A stretch of 64,000 nucleotides of DNA, taken from assembly GCA_050010515.1 (NCBI GenBank), contig JBEKKX010000003.1:1-64000 (forward strand), read 5' to 3'. This DNA is from Candidatus Bathyarchaeia archaeon. Lineage in GTDB: Archaea; Thermoproteota; Bathyarchaeia; Bathyarchaeales; Bathycorpusculaceae. A model generated the notes under the pieces. It was not told the DNA's origin. It saw nothing but the letters and a program-made list of their open reading frames with translations, and made no database searches. Position 1 is the stretch's first letter. Every line of letters starts with the position of its first letter. A program made the translations under genes and the position numbers. Of the stretch, positions 8,794-18,517 are shown one piece after another.

Positions 8794-9576
8794 ATGGCGA
8801 CCTTAACATTGCTAGTTAAAGCTTCCAATGCTGGGCAACTAAAAAAGATAGATGACTTGTTGAAATCTGAGTTTGAGAACTTGGATTTAGACGTAAAAGT
8901 TTTAGGCAATCCAGTTAACAGGTGGGTTCAAGTTTCCCTTTCAGGAGAAGACGAAGTCATAGCTACAAGCTATATCAACAAGAACATAGGCACCTGCCCC
9001 ATAAACATAAAAAACGTAGACAAATTTTCGGTTTTAAAGGGATACATTTCCAAAGTTGACACTGACAAACAAGAATTAAAGGTAGATGTAGGCATTTTTG
9101 AGCCAAAAATAATCCAAGCAACCGTTCCTTTAGCTTATTTGCAAGCCCAACTTGCGGATGGCAGAAAAGTTGATTTAAAGAAAATCTCAGAAGTTTATGG
9201 TTTCCATGCGAATTTGCCATTAAGTATCAAAGCAATTTGCTTAAACGGTGAAGAAGACAAGCTGTTGCAAGCGGAATTATCGACGGCTCAAATCGAAAAA
9301 ATCCGTTTATGGCAGCAGTCTCTTTTGGACAGACTAATTGTTTTGGGTTCATCTATCGGCGAGATTGAGAAGGTGCTTGAACGGACTAGGCTAAACAGGG
9401 ATGTTATTGGCACGGAGGCGTTAGGATTGTTTGAGCACGCTTTAACCTGCAAACTTGGAACTGACGCGACTGGTTTGATTCCGAAAATCGGCAGGTACAT
9501 GAAAAATTCAACGTTTGTTATTTTTAGTCCTAAGAAAGTGAGGGGATTTATCGGTGAATCGTCATTAAACTTATAA
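8794..9576 (+). CDS. DUF2110 family protein
   Basis: WVQVSLSGEDE, LGLFEH..CKLGTDA.GLIP.IG. Conserved tfe-HD-DUF2110 context. Confidence 0.8.
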   Translation: MATLTLLVKASNAGQLKKIDDLLKSEFENLDLDVKVLGNPVNRWVQVSLSGEDEVIATSYINKNIGTCPINIKNVDKFSVLKGYISKVDTDKQELKVDVGIFEPKIIQATVPLAYLQAQLADGRKVDLKKISEVYGFHANLPLSIKAICLNGEEDKLLQAELSTAQIEKIRLWQQSLLDRLIVLGSSIGEIEKVLERTRLNRDVIGTEALGLFEHALTCKLGTDATGLIPKIGRYMKNSTFVIFSPKKVRGFIGESSLNL

Positions 9577-9668
9577 ATCGTTTACATTATTAGTTATAAC
9601 AATCTATTATCCGAATAAGGATAATAGAAGAGAAGAGAAGAGAAGAGAAGAGAGGGGGAGAAGTTCAC

Positions 9669-9830
9669 ATGAGTCAAGGCGACGACAGGGACAGAAGAAA
9701 ATATAGAATTGATATAGGGGCTTATGGCAGCATAGGAATTGAAGCGCCCACTAAGGAAGAGTGTTTGGAGCTGTTCAAGGAAGTCACTAGAACTAGACGT
9801 GACTCAAAGATAGACGAAGCAATAAGATAA
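9669..9830 (+). CDS. Small hypothetical protein (53 aa)
   Basis: MSQGDDRDRRKYRIDIGAYGSIGIEAPTKEECLELFKEV..., preceded by GGGGGAG and an (AGAAG)n tract. Confidence 0.55.
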   Translation: MSQGDDRDRRKYRIDIGAYGSIGIEAPTKEECLELFKEVTRTRRDSKIDEAIR

Positions 9831-9908
9831 CCTTAAGCACTAAATCAATTCTACCTTTCTTTATTGTTGGCAAATATAGGCAAAATTATAGCTTCCATAT
9901 GTACAATT

Positions 9909-10010
9909 TTAAAGCACATCGTGCTCTTCTTTACAATGCCGCTTGTAATCCTCTCTGTTATCGTATACCGCTTGGTCCAAAGGGCACTTAAACTTGTTAT
10001 CTTTAGTCAT
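9909..10010 (-). CDS. C2H2-like zinc micro-protein (33 aa)
   Basis: MTKDNKFKCPLDQAVYDNREDYKRHCKEEHDVL, with F.CPxD...Y..H....H spacing. Confidence 0.4.
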   Translation of the reverse strand: MTKDNKFKCPLDQAVYDNREDYKRHCKEEHDVL

Positions 10011-10261
10011 CTCAGCTCTGGCACAGTTATGTTCGATTCTCTTCTAGAACGCTTTTCTGACAAACAATCACCTCCAATAAAAAATTAGCCTTTAAACAAG
10101 CTTCGCATACAAATTATTAAGATTATGTGACTGCGCCTAACAACAATTAATCAAATATCGACTTATGGCACAGAAATAGTTTGCAGAAATCCTGAGACTA
10201 ATAATTGAGAATTGACGAGTAGATGCATATTTATGAGGTTCACTTGCAGGACTAATGCAGG

Positions 10262-10672
10262 CTATTGAATTTTTTTCAATGTGGCTTCAAGCTGGTTAAA
10301 ACTTTTCAAAATTACGTCGGAATATGCTATAATCCAGGGGCTCAAGCACTCCATTTCCGATACCACTATGATTTTCTTGCCTTTATGTTTGGCGTAAAAC
10401 AGCTCCATACATGCTCCTGCCGAGAGTTTGGGCAAATAAACAACCATGATGTCGCATCTGTCAGCGTCATCTAAGTCCCTCTGAATAAAGTCAAACGTGG
10501 AAACTTTATTCCACCAGCAATCCTCGTCTCCTTTATAGAGGACTTTTTCTCTATTCCACGGATCAATCACATCAAATCCAATCCTGACGCAGACATCGCT
10601 AATTTCTTTCCGGTACTCTTGATTGTTTTCCATGCCCAGAATAGGGCCTGATATGAACACTTTCTTCTTCAT
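10262..10672 (-). CDS. Nucleoside 2-deoxyribosyltransferase-like protein
   Basis: VFISGPI, VIDPW, RDL..ADRCD, SAGACMEL.YA...GK. Confidence 0.8.
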   Translation of the reverse strand: MKKKVFISGPILGMENNQEYRKEISDVCVRIGFDVIDPWNREKVLYKGDEDCWWNKVSTFDFIQRDLDDADRCDIMVVYLPKLSAGACMELFYAKHKGKKIIVVSEMECLSPWIIAYSDVILKSFNQLEATLKKIQ

Positions 10673-10938
10673 TGTATGCTAACCGACCGTAGAATAGTAA
10701 ACGTTTGGAAACGGGCCGAGCGGGACTGGAGGCGACGACCTTTGTTTCGTAAACATAGACAGACTGCGGTTTTCTTAAACTTTCCCCCTGAACTGACTGA
10801 TCACATGCGGGCGGACGGGGTACGGTGTATGTATGCAGGTGCGTGAGAGAAAAAAAATAAAAATTTAACTTCAAACCCAAAACCATTATTAGTTTATATT
10901 CGTATTGACTCAAAAGGTGCGTTGTGAAGAGTTAAAAA

Positions 10939-11148
10939 ATGACTAAACAAGCGAGTCAAAAGAAAGCTGTCAGCGAAAAAGTGCTAACTCTTCTTGGAAT
11001 CATGGGTATCGCAGGGCTAATCCTTCTTGCTTTCGGGGTGTACTCAATATTTGAGATATCCAAACCTCTGGGCCTAACCTTAGTGGTTCTGGGAGTCCTC
11101 GTATACGTTATATTTGTACTCATAGAAAAAAAGTTAAAGCTCCTCTAA
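10939..11148 (+). CDS. Small two-TM membrane protein
   Basis: Two hydrophobic helices with basic termini. Confidence 0.65.
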   Translation: MTKQASQKKAVSEKVLTLLGIMGIAGLILLAFGVYSIFEISKPLGLTLVVLGVLVYVIFVLIEKKLKLL

Positions 11149-11532
11149 AAGGTTCAGCTTAATGATAATAGTACTTCTACGGACTCTTAGCACAAATAAA
11201 ATTGCAATCCTCACTACGAGTATAGCCTCCGTCTGAAACTACATACATAAAGCGCAGCATACAATAGCAAAAAGCTCTAAAACCATTGTCTAATAAGTTG
11301 GCGTCATAAGTTGGGGCTCAGACCGCTTCGGGGATGGGTCTAAGGTGGGTCGAGCCGAACTTGAACCTAAATGAGAGATAGCATAATAAAAGAACTATCT
11401 GGCGAAAAAAAACAGCGACAACCTTAAGGCTCTGTCCGTCGGCATCCCAACACCGAACCACATTCCTAAGGCAGGCAAGACAGTTCATTTGGCAAAATTG
11501 GGAGAAGAAAACCAAGTGTGAAGTGTTACCAT

Positions 11533-11775
11533 TCATCTCGTTTGCTGACTGATTCCTTTTTCATTGTTTTCCTCAATTTCACGGTAAATGTTTTTGTTAG
11601 ACTTGGAAATCACAGCTGTAACCATTTCATAAAAAGTGAGTTTCACCATACCATCATTTTTGCATACCAAAAAATAATATTCAAAGTCTTTTGTTCTCTC
11701 ATCAATTGTACCTACACAGTTACATCGAGGACATATTGCATATTTCCGATGGCTCGTTTTTTCAGTCAAGCGCAA
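11533..11775 (-). CDS. Small Zn-finger-like protein
   Basis: CPRC...C..D motif in an 80-aa ORF. Confidence 0.45.
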   Translation of the reverse strand: MRLTEKTSHRKYAICPRCNCVGTIDERTKDFEYYFLVCKNDGMVKLTFYEMVTAVISKSNKNIYREIEENNEKGISQQTR

Positions 11776-12074
11776 ACGCTCTTAAATAAATCCCGTTGTT
11801 TTGAGTATTTCTGTTTTATGAATCGATGGTATACAAAACCACAGTTCAACTCGTTCTACGGTCTTTGCCACAAAGGTCGTAATGCTTAGAGCAATTTCTC
11901 AATAAGCGTTACAGGTAAGCATTGAACTGGGCTTCGTGATTCAGCATAGAAGGGAAATACCCCAATTGTGACCGATGTCGACTATTTTCATATTCAGTTT
12001 TACTTTTTCTGGAAACTAAGAGGTTGGAAAGTTAAATCCGAATAGCCCAATTATGTATTGAGGAGAAAATAGAA

Positions 12075-12236
12075 ATGAGGAAGTGTGGATTGTGTGGAGA
12101 AGAAATTAAAGACGGCAAATATTTCACGATTTACCAGTGTAAGGGAGCCGAAAGCAGACTCGTACTGATAGCCTGTGCAAAAGACTTTAATGACGAGAAA
12201 TACCGAGAAATCATTATGAAAATCTCAAGTATTTGA
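12075..12236 (+). CDS. Small Cys-rich protein (53 aa)
   Basis: MRKCGLCGEEIKDGKYF...C...C, preceded by a GAGGAG RBS. Confidence 0.5.
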   Translation: MRKCGLCGEEIKDGKYFTIYQCKGAESRLVLIACAKDFNDEKYREIIMKISSI

Positions 12237-12375
12237 ACAGCCTAAGAATAGAATTAAAAGATATGGGGTTAGAAAAAGGTCCAAATGCTACTTTACGATT
12301 ACTTTGGTTAATATCGTTAATTCAACCGAAGCCTTCTTAGCCCTCATCTTTTTTCAATTCTTAAGCTAAAAGAGG

Positions 12376-12714
12376 CTAAGACTTTTCTTTCAAGATTTCT
12401 TCAATTTCTTCTCTTAATTTGGCATCTTCAATCTTCGGCAAAAGCTCTAGAAGACGACCCCTTGTGCTCGTTTCTTCTTTGCCGCCGAGATTAACCCAGT
12501 ACTTGTCTTTCTTCAGCCAAACCAGCATTACCCGAGCTTCAGCTTCCATGCGTTCAGTTTTATGGGCTGACGGAAAAACAAGCCCAAACTCGACAGCGCT
12601 CGCCATAAACTTCTCAAAAGCACCGGTCACAGTGTAACCGTTCTTTGCTGCTAACTCCTTAAAAGCTTTGTAAAGTTGTGGATTAAGTCTGAAGCCCTTT
12701 CTACTTTTAGGCAT
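12376..12714 (-). CDS. Ribbon-helix-helix-like DNA-binding protein
   Basis: GFRLNPQLYKAFKELAAKNGYTVTGAFEKFM fits an RHH strand-helix-helix pattern. Confidence 0.65.
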   Translation of the reverse strand: MPKSRKGFRLNPQLYKAFKELAAKNGYTVTGAFEKFMASAVEFGLVFPSAHKTERMEAEARVMLVWLKKDKYWVNLGGKEETSTRGRLLELLPKIEDAKLREEIEEILKEKS

Positions 12715-12724
12715 AAGCTTCCCC

Positions 12725-12779
12725 TGTACCGTCAAAATGTACCGTCAAACCGTATATAACTATACCTACCCGTAGGTAG
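12725..12779. promoter_or_regulatory. Tandem TGTACCGTCAAA repeats plus palindrome upstream of the RHH gene
   Basis: Direct repeats at 12725-12736 and 12738-12749. TACCTAC-CC-GTAGGTA at about 12763-12778. Likely an autoregulatory operator. Confidence 0.5.
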
Positions 12780-12925
12780 TAGAGCACACAAAAATCATCA
12801 ACCCTAAATTAAACAATAAAAACTTTAGAACAAGATTATTCCAAACTAGCTCACGAATACACGGCATAGGGGATTACTTTTAAATATTCGTGCAGTATGG
12901 TTTAGGTGCAGTTTAAGGTGTAAAG

Positions 12926-13366
12926 ATGCCAAAGCAGGAAAAAGGAAAATCCCATTCAATACGCCCAGTCAGCAGGCGTCCTCCAAGCTGGTGTAAGTAT
13001 CAGCCTGAAGAAGTAGAATCATTCATAATTAAATTGGCCAAGGAAGGCCACTCACTCAGCAGCATAGGCACTATCCTTAGGGATCAATATGCGATTCCGC
13101 TGGTGAAGCCCGTAGTGGGCAAAAGCATAAGCGACGTCCTTGAAGGCGCAGGATTAGCCCCATCTTTGCCAGAAGACCTGTCAAACCTCATGAAGAAGGC
13201 ACAAAGCCTTGCAGTTCATTTGGACAAAAACAAGAAGGACCTGCATAACAAGCGCAACATGCAAATCATCGAAGCACGCATCCACAAGCTTTCAAGATAC
13301 TATAAGCGTGAAGGCGTTTTAGCAAAGAACTGGAAATACGAAGCAAAAATCGCTTCCGTAACCTAA
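12926..13366 (+). CDS. rps15: 30S ribosomal protein S15 (uS15, archaeal type)
   Basis: KGKSHS.RP, IGTILRDQY, PEDL..L.KKA..L..HL..NKKD, IEARIHKLSRYYK. Confidence 0.97.
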   Translation: MPKQEKGKSHSIRPVSRRPPSWCKYQPEEVESFIIKLAKEGHSLSSIGTILRDQYAIPLVKPVVGKSISDVLEGAGLAPSLPEDLSNLMKKAQSLAVHLDKNKKDLHNKRNMQIIEARIHKLSRYYKREGVLAKNWKYEAKIASVT

Positions 13367-13460
13367 ACACTTCTTTCCTTAATTTTACGGTTTCTATTTG
13401 TTTTTGATGCACCAGCTTTAAATCTAATCAGAGCCTCTTTAGCCAAAGAGTGACCTGAGC

Positions 13461-14927
13461 ATGGCTGCACAGCAAACATCCATTGAACGCTTTCTAGCTT
13501 CAGCCGCTGAAGCATCAAAGGTTATTTTGGAAACGGTTCAGAAAGACGGTTTTATCCATGTTTTTTCGCATTTGGATGCTGATGGGGTTGCGGCTGCAGG
13601 CGTAATGGGAAAAGCTCTCTATCGGCTTGATGCCAAGTTTCGGATAAGAGTTACTCAATGGGTTGACGAGAAAATCATCGGCGAAATCGTTGCTGATAAG
13701 CCGCAGCTTGTGATTTTAACGGATTTTGGAAGCGGCTACCTTGACCTATTAAACGAGAAAATCCCCGACGTTAAAGTTCTAATTCTTGACCATCACCAGA
13801 TAACGGGCACCTTGGCTAATGAGAATTTTGTTCAGGTGAACCCTCACATGTTCGGCATCGACGGAGCAACGGATGTTAGCGGTTCAGGCGTAGCTTACTT
13901 TGTAGCTAAAGCAGTAAACCCATCGAATGTGGATTTGGCGCCTGTTGCATTGGTTGGCGCTCTAGGCGACATGCAGGACAAGTATGAACAGAGGAAACTC
14001 TGCTGCCTAAACGAGATAATTGTTAACGATGCAGTGGCTGCAGGCTTGCTTAAAGTTGAGAAAGACTTAACGTTCTTCGGCAGAGAAACCCGACCAATCC
14101 ATAAGACATTGGCTACTACGACTAACCCGTTTATTCCAGGCTTAAGCGGAGAAGAAGACAAAGCATTAGCCTTCCTTGCAAGCCTAGACATCCCCATCAA
14201 ACAAGGCGAAAAATGGCGGGCACTCCGCGACCTAAACGAAGACGAAAAGAAACGGCTGTGCTCTGCTTTAGCGGACCACTTGTTATCTAAGGGGTTACAT
14301 TTGGAAGTTGAGAACCTTATTGGGTACATTTACGTTTTAACCAAAGAAGAACCAAACACAGCACTGCGGGATGCAAGGGAATTCGCGGTCGTATTGAACT
14401 CGACGGGCCGCATGGACAGGCCAAGCCTCGGCATTGCCATCTGCATGGGCGACCGTGGAGCAGCACTTGAAGAATCTAACAAGATACTGGAAGATTACCG
14501 TAAAAACATAAACAAGTATCTCGGCTGGGTTATGGAGAAACCTGAACGCATGCGAGAACTCCAAAACATCTACGCCATCTACGGCGAGAACTTTATCAAC
14601 GAAAAAATCATCGGCACCATCTCCTCAATAATCGTCTCAGGACTCGCGAACCCTGAAAAACCGCTCATAGCATTCGCGAACGTTGAAAAAGAGCAAGCGG
14701 CAAAGTTTTCGGCAAGAACAACAGAAGCAGCAATCCGCAAAGGCGTCAACTTAGGCGAAGTTATGCGGTTAGCTTCCGAAGCGTACGGCGGCAAAGGCGG
14801 AGGACACAACATTGCTGCAGGCGCCCAAGTGCCCTTAGACAAGATTGAAGACTTCGTTAAAACCGTGAATGAGTTGGTTGGCAAACAGTTGAGAGGCGAG
14901 AAGGTTGGAAGCGATAGTAACACTTGA
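13461..14927 (+). CDS. DHH/DHHA1 phosphoesterase (RecJ/Cdc45-like)
   Basis: SHLDADG, TDFGSG, LDHH, GALGDMQ, GGGHNIAAGA. Conserved rps15-DHH-pcc1 order. Confidence 0.92.
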   Translation: MAAQQTSIERFLASAAEASKVILETVQKDGFIHVFSHLDADGVAAAGVMGKALYRLDAKFRIRVTQWVDEKIIGEIVADKPQLVILTDFGSGYLDLLNEKIPDVKVLILDHHQITGTLANENFVQVNPHMFGIDGATDVSGSGVAYFVAKAVNPSNVDLAPVALVGALGDMQDKYEQRKLCCLNEIIVNDAVAAGLLKVEKDLTFFGRETRPIHKTLATTTNPFIPGLSGEEDKALAFLASLDIPIKQGEKWRALRDLNEDEKKRLCSALADHLLSKGLHLEVENLIGYIYVLTKEEPNTALRDAREFAVVLNSTGRMDRPSLGIAICMGDRGAALEESNKILEDYRKNINKYLGWVMEKPERMRELQNIYAIYGENFINEKIIGTISSIIVSGLANPEKPLIAFANVEKEQAAKFSARTTEAAIRKGVNLGEVMRLASEAYGGKGGGHNIAAGAQVPLDKIEDFVKTVNELVGKQLRGEKVGSDSNT

Positions 14928-15150
14928 GTACGCCGACGCCAAGATTGCAAAGGCAGTTGCCAACGCGGTTTCTCCAGACAACTTTAAAACGCCGATTGGA
15001 CTCCGAGTTACAACGACGAGAGTAGATACAAAAGTAGTAACTAAGATTGAATGCGAAGGCAAACTTGCCACTTTCACAGCAACAATTGACGACCTACTTT
15101 TCAGCGCATCAACCGCAGAAAAAACACTTAAAACCATCAACAAAATTTAG
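14905..15150 (+). CDS. pcc1: KEOPS complex subunit Pcc1
   Basis: AVSPDN, TF.ATIDDLL, 81 aa, gene context. Confidence 0.85.
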   Translation: MEAIVTLEYADAKIAKAVANAVSPDNFKTPIGLRVTTTRVDTKVVTKIECEGKLATFTATIDDLLFSASTAEKTLKTINKI

Positions 15151-15408
15151 AAAACATTAGCAATCAACCACATTAATGCCTAGCTAAATTTAGCTCCTAG
15201 TTCTTCCTGCTCAGGCTTATTCGTATTTCACCGATAGTTCATAACATCAGTACCCACCCCCCCACCCTACTATTAACTTAAACTCTTTCAATGTAAATAG
15301 CACTATGTTCTAACAGTGAACGTTTTATTCTACTTTTTAGCTCAAGTTCTAAATACAACATAGCTTACTGTAAAGTAAATAAATAAGCGAACACAACATT
15401 AACGAAAC

Positions 15409-17250
15409 TTGGACTTGGTGAATTCAGTGAAACGAACCCATGCAGTATTGATGATTGCAGTTTCCTTGTTACTAGTTTCTCTGCCGATTGCTTTACCTTC
15501 CAGAGGGGTTTTTGCTCAAACCACTGGTTACAGCATCACCCAGGTTAATCATCAGGTTACCGTAATGTATTCTGGACAAGTAGTTATTCAAGATACAATT
15601 CATGTTTCTGGGCAAGTAACTGATGGCTTTTTGATTGGGATGCCTTTTACGTACAGCACAGACATCCTCAAAGCTGTAGCTTACGACTCAAACAACGTTT
15701 TCCAAGTAAACTTAGGAGTCCAATTAGGTAACCAAAGCGGATTTTACGGCGCAGAAGTAAATTTCAACGGCACGTCACCAAGCGTTTTCACAGTAGCATT
15801 TGTTCTATCCAGTAGTCTTTTTACTTATGATCAAGTTACCGGCGGTTACATGCTTGATTTTCCAGCTTACCCAAGCCTCACACAAAATGTCGCTATCTGC
15901 AACGTAACCATAACTCTTCCAAGTGCACCCACAAGCATAACCATCGCCAAAAGCGACGGAGTAGTAAACTCAGAAAACTATGTCGTCCAAAACTTGCCAG
16001 CATACACTTATTCCCCTACGTCGGCAGCTATTCAAATAGCTGACGGAACCATACAGTTAACCGATATAAGCCAGCTAAACCGTCAAATAACAATTGACCC
16101 AACTGGTAAAGTAACCGCTTCAGATAGTTACACCATCATAAACAACTCGACATCAACAATGTCAGCTTTTGTTTTAGATTTACCGAAAAATGCCGCAAAC
16201 ATTGTAGTAAAAGATGAAACTGGCACAGTATTAACAACCAGTATCAGCTCCACAAGCACAGACATTTTGCTGGACAATGCCACTTTGACAACACCCATAT
16301 CAAGTGGTCAATCCGTCATTATCACAGCTAGCTACAATTTACCAAGCGCAACCATCCAAGGCTCCCAATACACCCTAAGTGACTTCAAACTTTTCCCATA
16401 TTTCAATTATTACGTTGACCATGCAACCTTCACTTTTAACCCGCCTGAAGGAGCAACGATTATAACGCCGCAGTTATCATCCCTCGATTCCTCCAGTGCA
16501 TTGACAAGGGGTACCTTCCAAGACACTCTTACAATAACGAGAGACGGCATAAGCTACGTTGATTACAGCCTTCCAGAAAGCAACACTGTGCAATTTTCGT
16601 ATAATTACAATCCAGTTTGGGTTTCTTTTAGACCAACTCTCTGGGTTTCACTCGCAGCAGTGATTGGATGTGTAGGTGCTGTGGTCTATAAGAAGCGCAA
16701 ACCAAGCGAAAAAGCACCAATTAAAACTAGAAGAGAAAAGTTGTCAACTCCAAAACCGACTCCAAAACTGACCACAGCAACACTGCCCGAACAAGTAAAA
16801 AGTGGTGAGCCTATGACTAGTCAACGTATTACTCCAGAAAATCTTATTGAATTTACTGAGGCTTATGACGACAGGAAACGGTTAAATGCAGAAATAAGAT
16901 CGTTGGATGCGAGGGCGCAGAAAGGAAAGATGCCTAGACGCCAATACAAAGTTCAGCGCAGAGCCATAGAGATCCGTTTAGAAACACTTACAAGAAATAT
17001 AAGCAGATTAAAAGATGCATTCCGAAGCTCAGGCAGTGCTTACACAGATTTAATTAAACAACTTGATTCTGCTGAAGAAGACTTAACCGAGGCTGAGAAT
17101 AACATCAAAAACCTTGAATCCCAACAAAATAAAGGCGAAATTTCAATAGAAACTTACAAGAAAAACAGTGCAGACTACCAGAAACGCAAAGACAAAGCGG
17201 AATCAACAATAAACGGAATACTGCTAAGACTACGTGAAAAAGCGCACTAA
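15409..17250 (+). CDS. Ribophorin-I-like type I membrane protein
   Basis: Signal peptide, two repeated beta-sandwich modules (QVNHQVTV..SGQVVIQD and QLNRQITIDPTGKVTASDSY.IIN), a TM at about aa 410-427, and a C-terminal helical/coiled-coil domain. Confidence 0.6.
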   Translation: MDLVNSVKRTHAVLMIAVSLLLVSLPIALPSRGVFAQTTGYSITQVNHQVTVMYSGQVVIQDTIHVSGQVTDGFLIGMPFTYSTDILKAVAYDSNNVFQVNLGVQLGNQSGFYGAEVNFNGTSPSVFTVAFVLSSSLFTYDQVTGGYMLDFPAYPSLTQNVAICNVTITLPSAPTSITIAKSDGVVNSENYVVQNLPAYTYSPTSAAIQIADGTIQLTDISQLNRQITIDPTGKVTASDSYTIINNSTSTMSAFVLDLPKNAANIVVKDETGTVLTTSISSTSTDILLDNATLTTPISSGQSVIITASYNLPSATIQGSQYTLSDFKLFPYFNYYVDHATFTFNPPEGATIITPQLSSLDSSSALTRGTFQDTLTITRDGISYVDYSLPESNTVQFSYNYNPVWVSFRPTLWVSLAAVIGCVGAVVYKKRKPSEKAPIKTRREKLSTPKPTPKLTTATLPEQVKSGEPMTSQRITPENLIEFTEAYDDRKRLNAEIRSLDARAQKGKMPRRQYKVQRRAIEIRLETLTRNISRLKDAFRSSGSAYTDLIKQLDSAEEDLTEAENNIKNLESQQNKGEISIETYKKNSADYQKRKDKAESTINGILLRLREKAH

Positions 17251-17313
17251 AAAACCTAAACCCTTTTATTTTACACCATAGCTTCTCAAATAAAATTGCA
17301 GAGGTAAATAAAT

Positions 17314-17493
17314 ATGGTAAAAATAGTTGTTGATCCCAAATGCACCGGATGCGAAACATGCGTAAACACTTGCCCTGTAGGCGTTTATGAAATCAAAGAC
17401 GGCAAATCTACACCAACCAAAGTAAGCGAATGCCTAGTCTGTAGAGCATGTGAAGCCCAATGTCCTGAAGGTGCAATTCAGGTAATCGAGTAA
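17314..17493 (+). CDS. 2x[4Fe-4S] ferredoxin (59 aa)
   Basis: CTGCETCVNTCP and CLVCRACEAQCP, GAGGT RBS. Missed by the ORF track. Confidence 0.93.
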   Translation: MVKIVVDPKCTGCETCVNTCPVGVYEIKDGKSTPTKVSECLVCRACEAQCPEGAIQVIE

Positions 17494-17677
17494 ATTTAAG
17501 CTTATATTGAATTACGCGTGTATCTCTCAATCGATAGCTGAGAGATTATTCCCTTCTTTATTAACTAACTATTTTCTTCTCATGTTAATTGCTGTTGTAA
17601 CCTCGTCTTGCTTGCGTTACTACGGCAAAAAACGCAGTATCAAGTCATAAAATTTTAATTATGTAAACTCTTGCTGT

Positions 17678-18517
17678 TCAATCCTGGGCCGATTTGAATA
17701 TTCTTTGTACATTAACTATTTTTTCGCCTAACACCTGTGCTTCCATGCTGCCTAAGCCTTTTTCGCTGGCTTTACAGATATGCTTTACTTTACTTGGCTC
17801 AATGCCCATAACATGGCAAGCAGTAGCGTCAGTTGCAACAACGTTAGTTCCAGCAATAATCAGGTTCATTTTAACTGGTGTGCCATCCACTGGACCTTTA
17901 CCCTCCATGCCCACAAAACCGTCGATAACCGTTAACGCTGGCTTAATAACCGTGTTAATATCAACTATAACATCGCTTATGCCTTTTGCATGGTACTTTC
18001 CTTTGAATTTATCAGGAAGTAAACCGAACAGGTTCTTCATCCCTAAAGTCACGGTTGTAGATGTATGAGTTTTGAGTTTAGCTGCACTAATAATAGCTGA
18101 TTCAGTGACTAGGCGAGGCACCGTGATATCATTTAATGTCTCGCAACCTGGAACTTTCAGTTTTACCTTATCCTTAACATGCCTAAGATTTAACCATTCA
18201 ACGTCATTGCGAAGGCACATATCTTTCATGCCTGTAGCCACAAAAGCTTTGTCTGCATTAGTCATGGTGGCGTCTGATTCAACAACGTAAACCTTAACAG
18301 GCAACTCCTTCAACTTCAAAATAATCGCTTCAACGACGATGGGATCAGTAGTAGCGCCTGACTCCCAAGTTTTCTCACAAATAAAGTTAACTTTAATGAT
18401 AACTTTATCATAACCCACTAAGGCTTTCTTATAATCAATCATATCGAGCGCTTTGAAAACGGATTCGTGACCTCGCTCACCTTTAACAATAGCCACAAGT
18501 GGCAATGCCGATTGCAT
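17678..18517 (-). CDS. DUF362 family protein
   Basis: VIIKVN, TTDP, KLKTH..T.VTLGMKNLFG, IDGFVGMEG.GP..G. Confidence 0.88.
   Translation of the reverse strand: MQSALPLVAIVKGERGHESVFKALDMIDYKKALVGYDKVIIKVNFICEKTWESGATTDPIVVEAIILKLKELPVKVYVVESDATMTNADKAFVATGMKDMCLRNDVEWLNLRHVKDKVKLKVPGCETLNDITVPRLVTESAIISAAKLKTHTSTTVTLGMKNLFGLLPDKFKGKYHAKGISDVIVDINTVIKPALTVIDGFVGMEGKGPVDGTPVKMNLIIAGTNVVATDATACHVMGIEPSKVKHICKASEKGLGSMEAQVLGEKIVNVQRIFKSAQD

Noticed and set aside
9626-9655. (AGAAG)n microsatellite as a phase-variation switch
   Set aside because: It is short, intergenic and upstream of the RBS, and a single sequence gives no evidence of length variation.
11310-11530. RNase P RNA or SRP RNA
   Set aside because: No GAGGAAAGTCC/ACAGAA motifs or SRP helix-8 motif were seen on either strand. 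Kept only as an unknown structured candidate.
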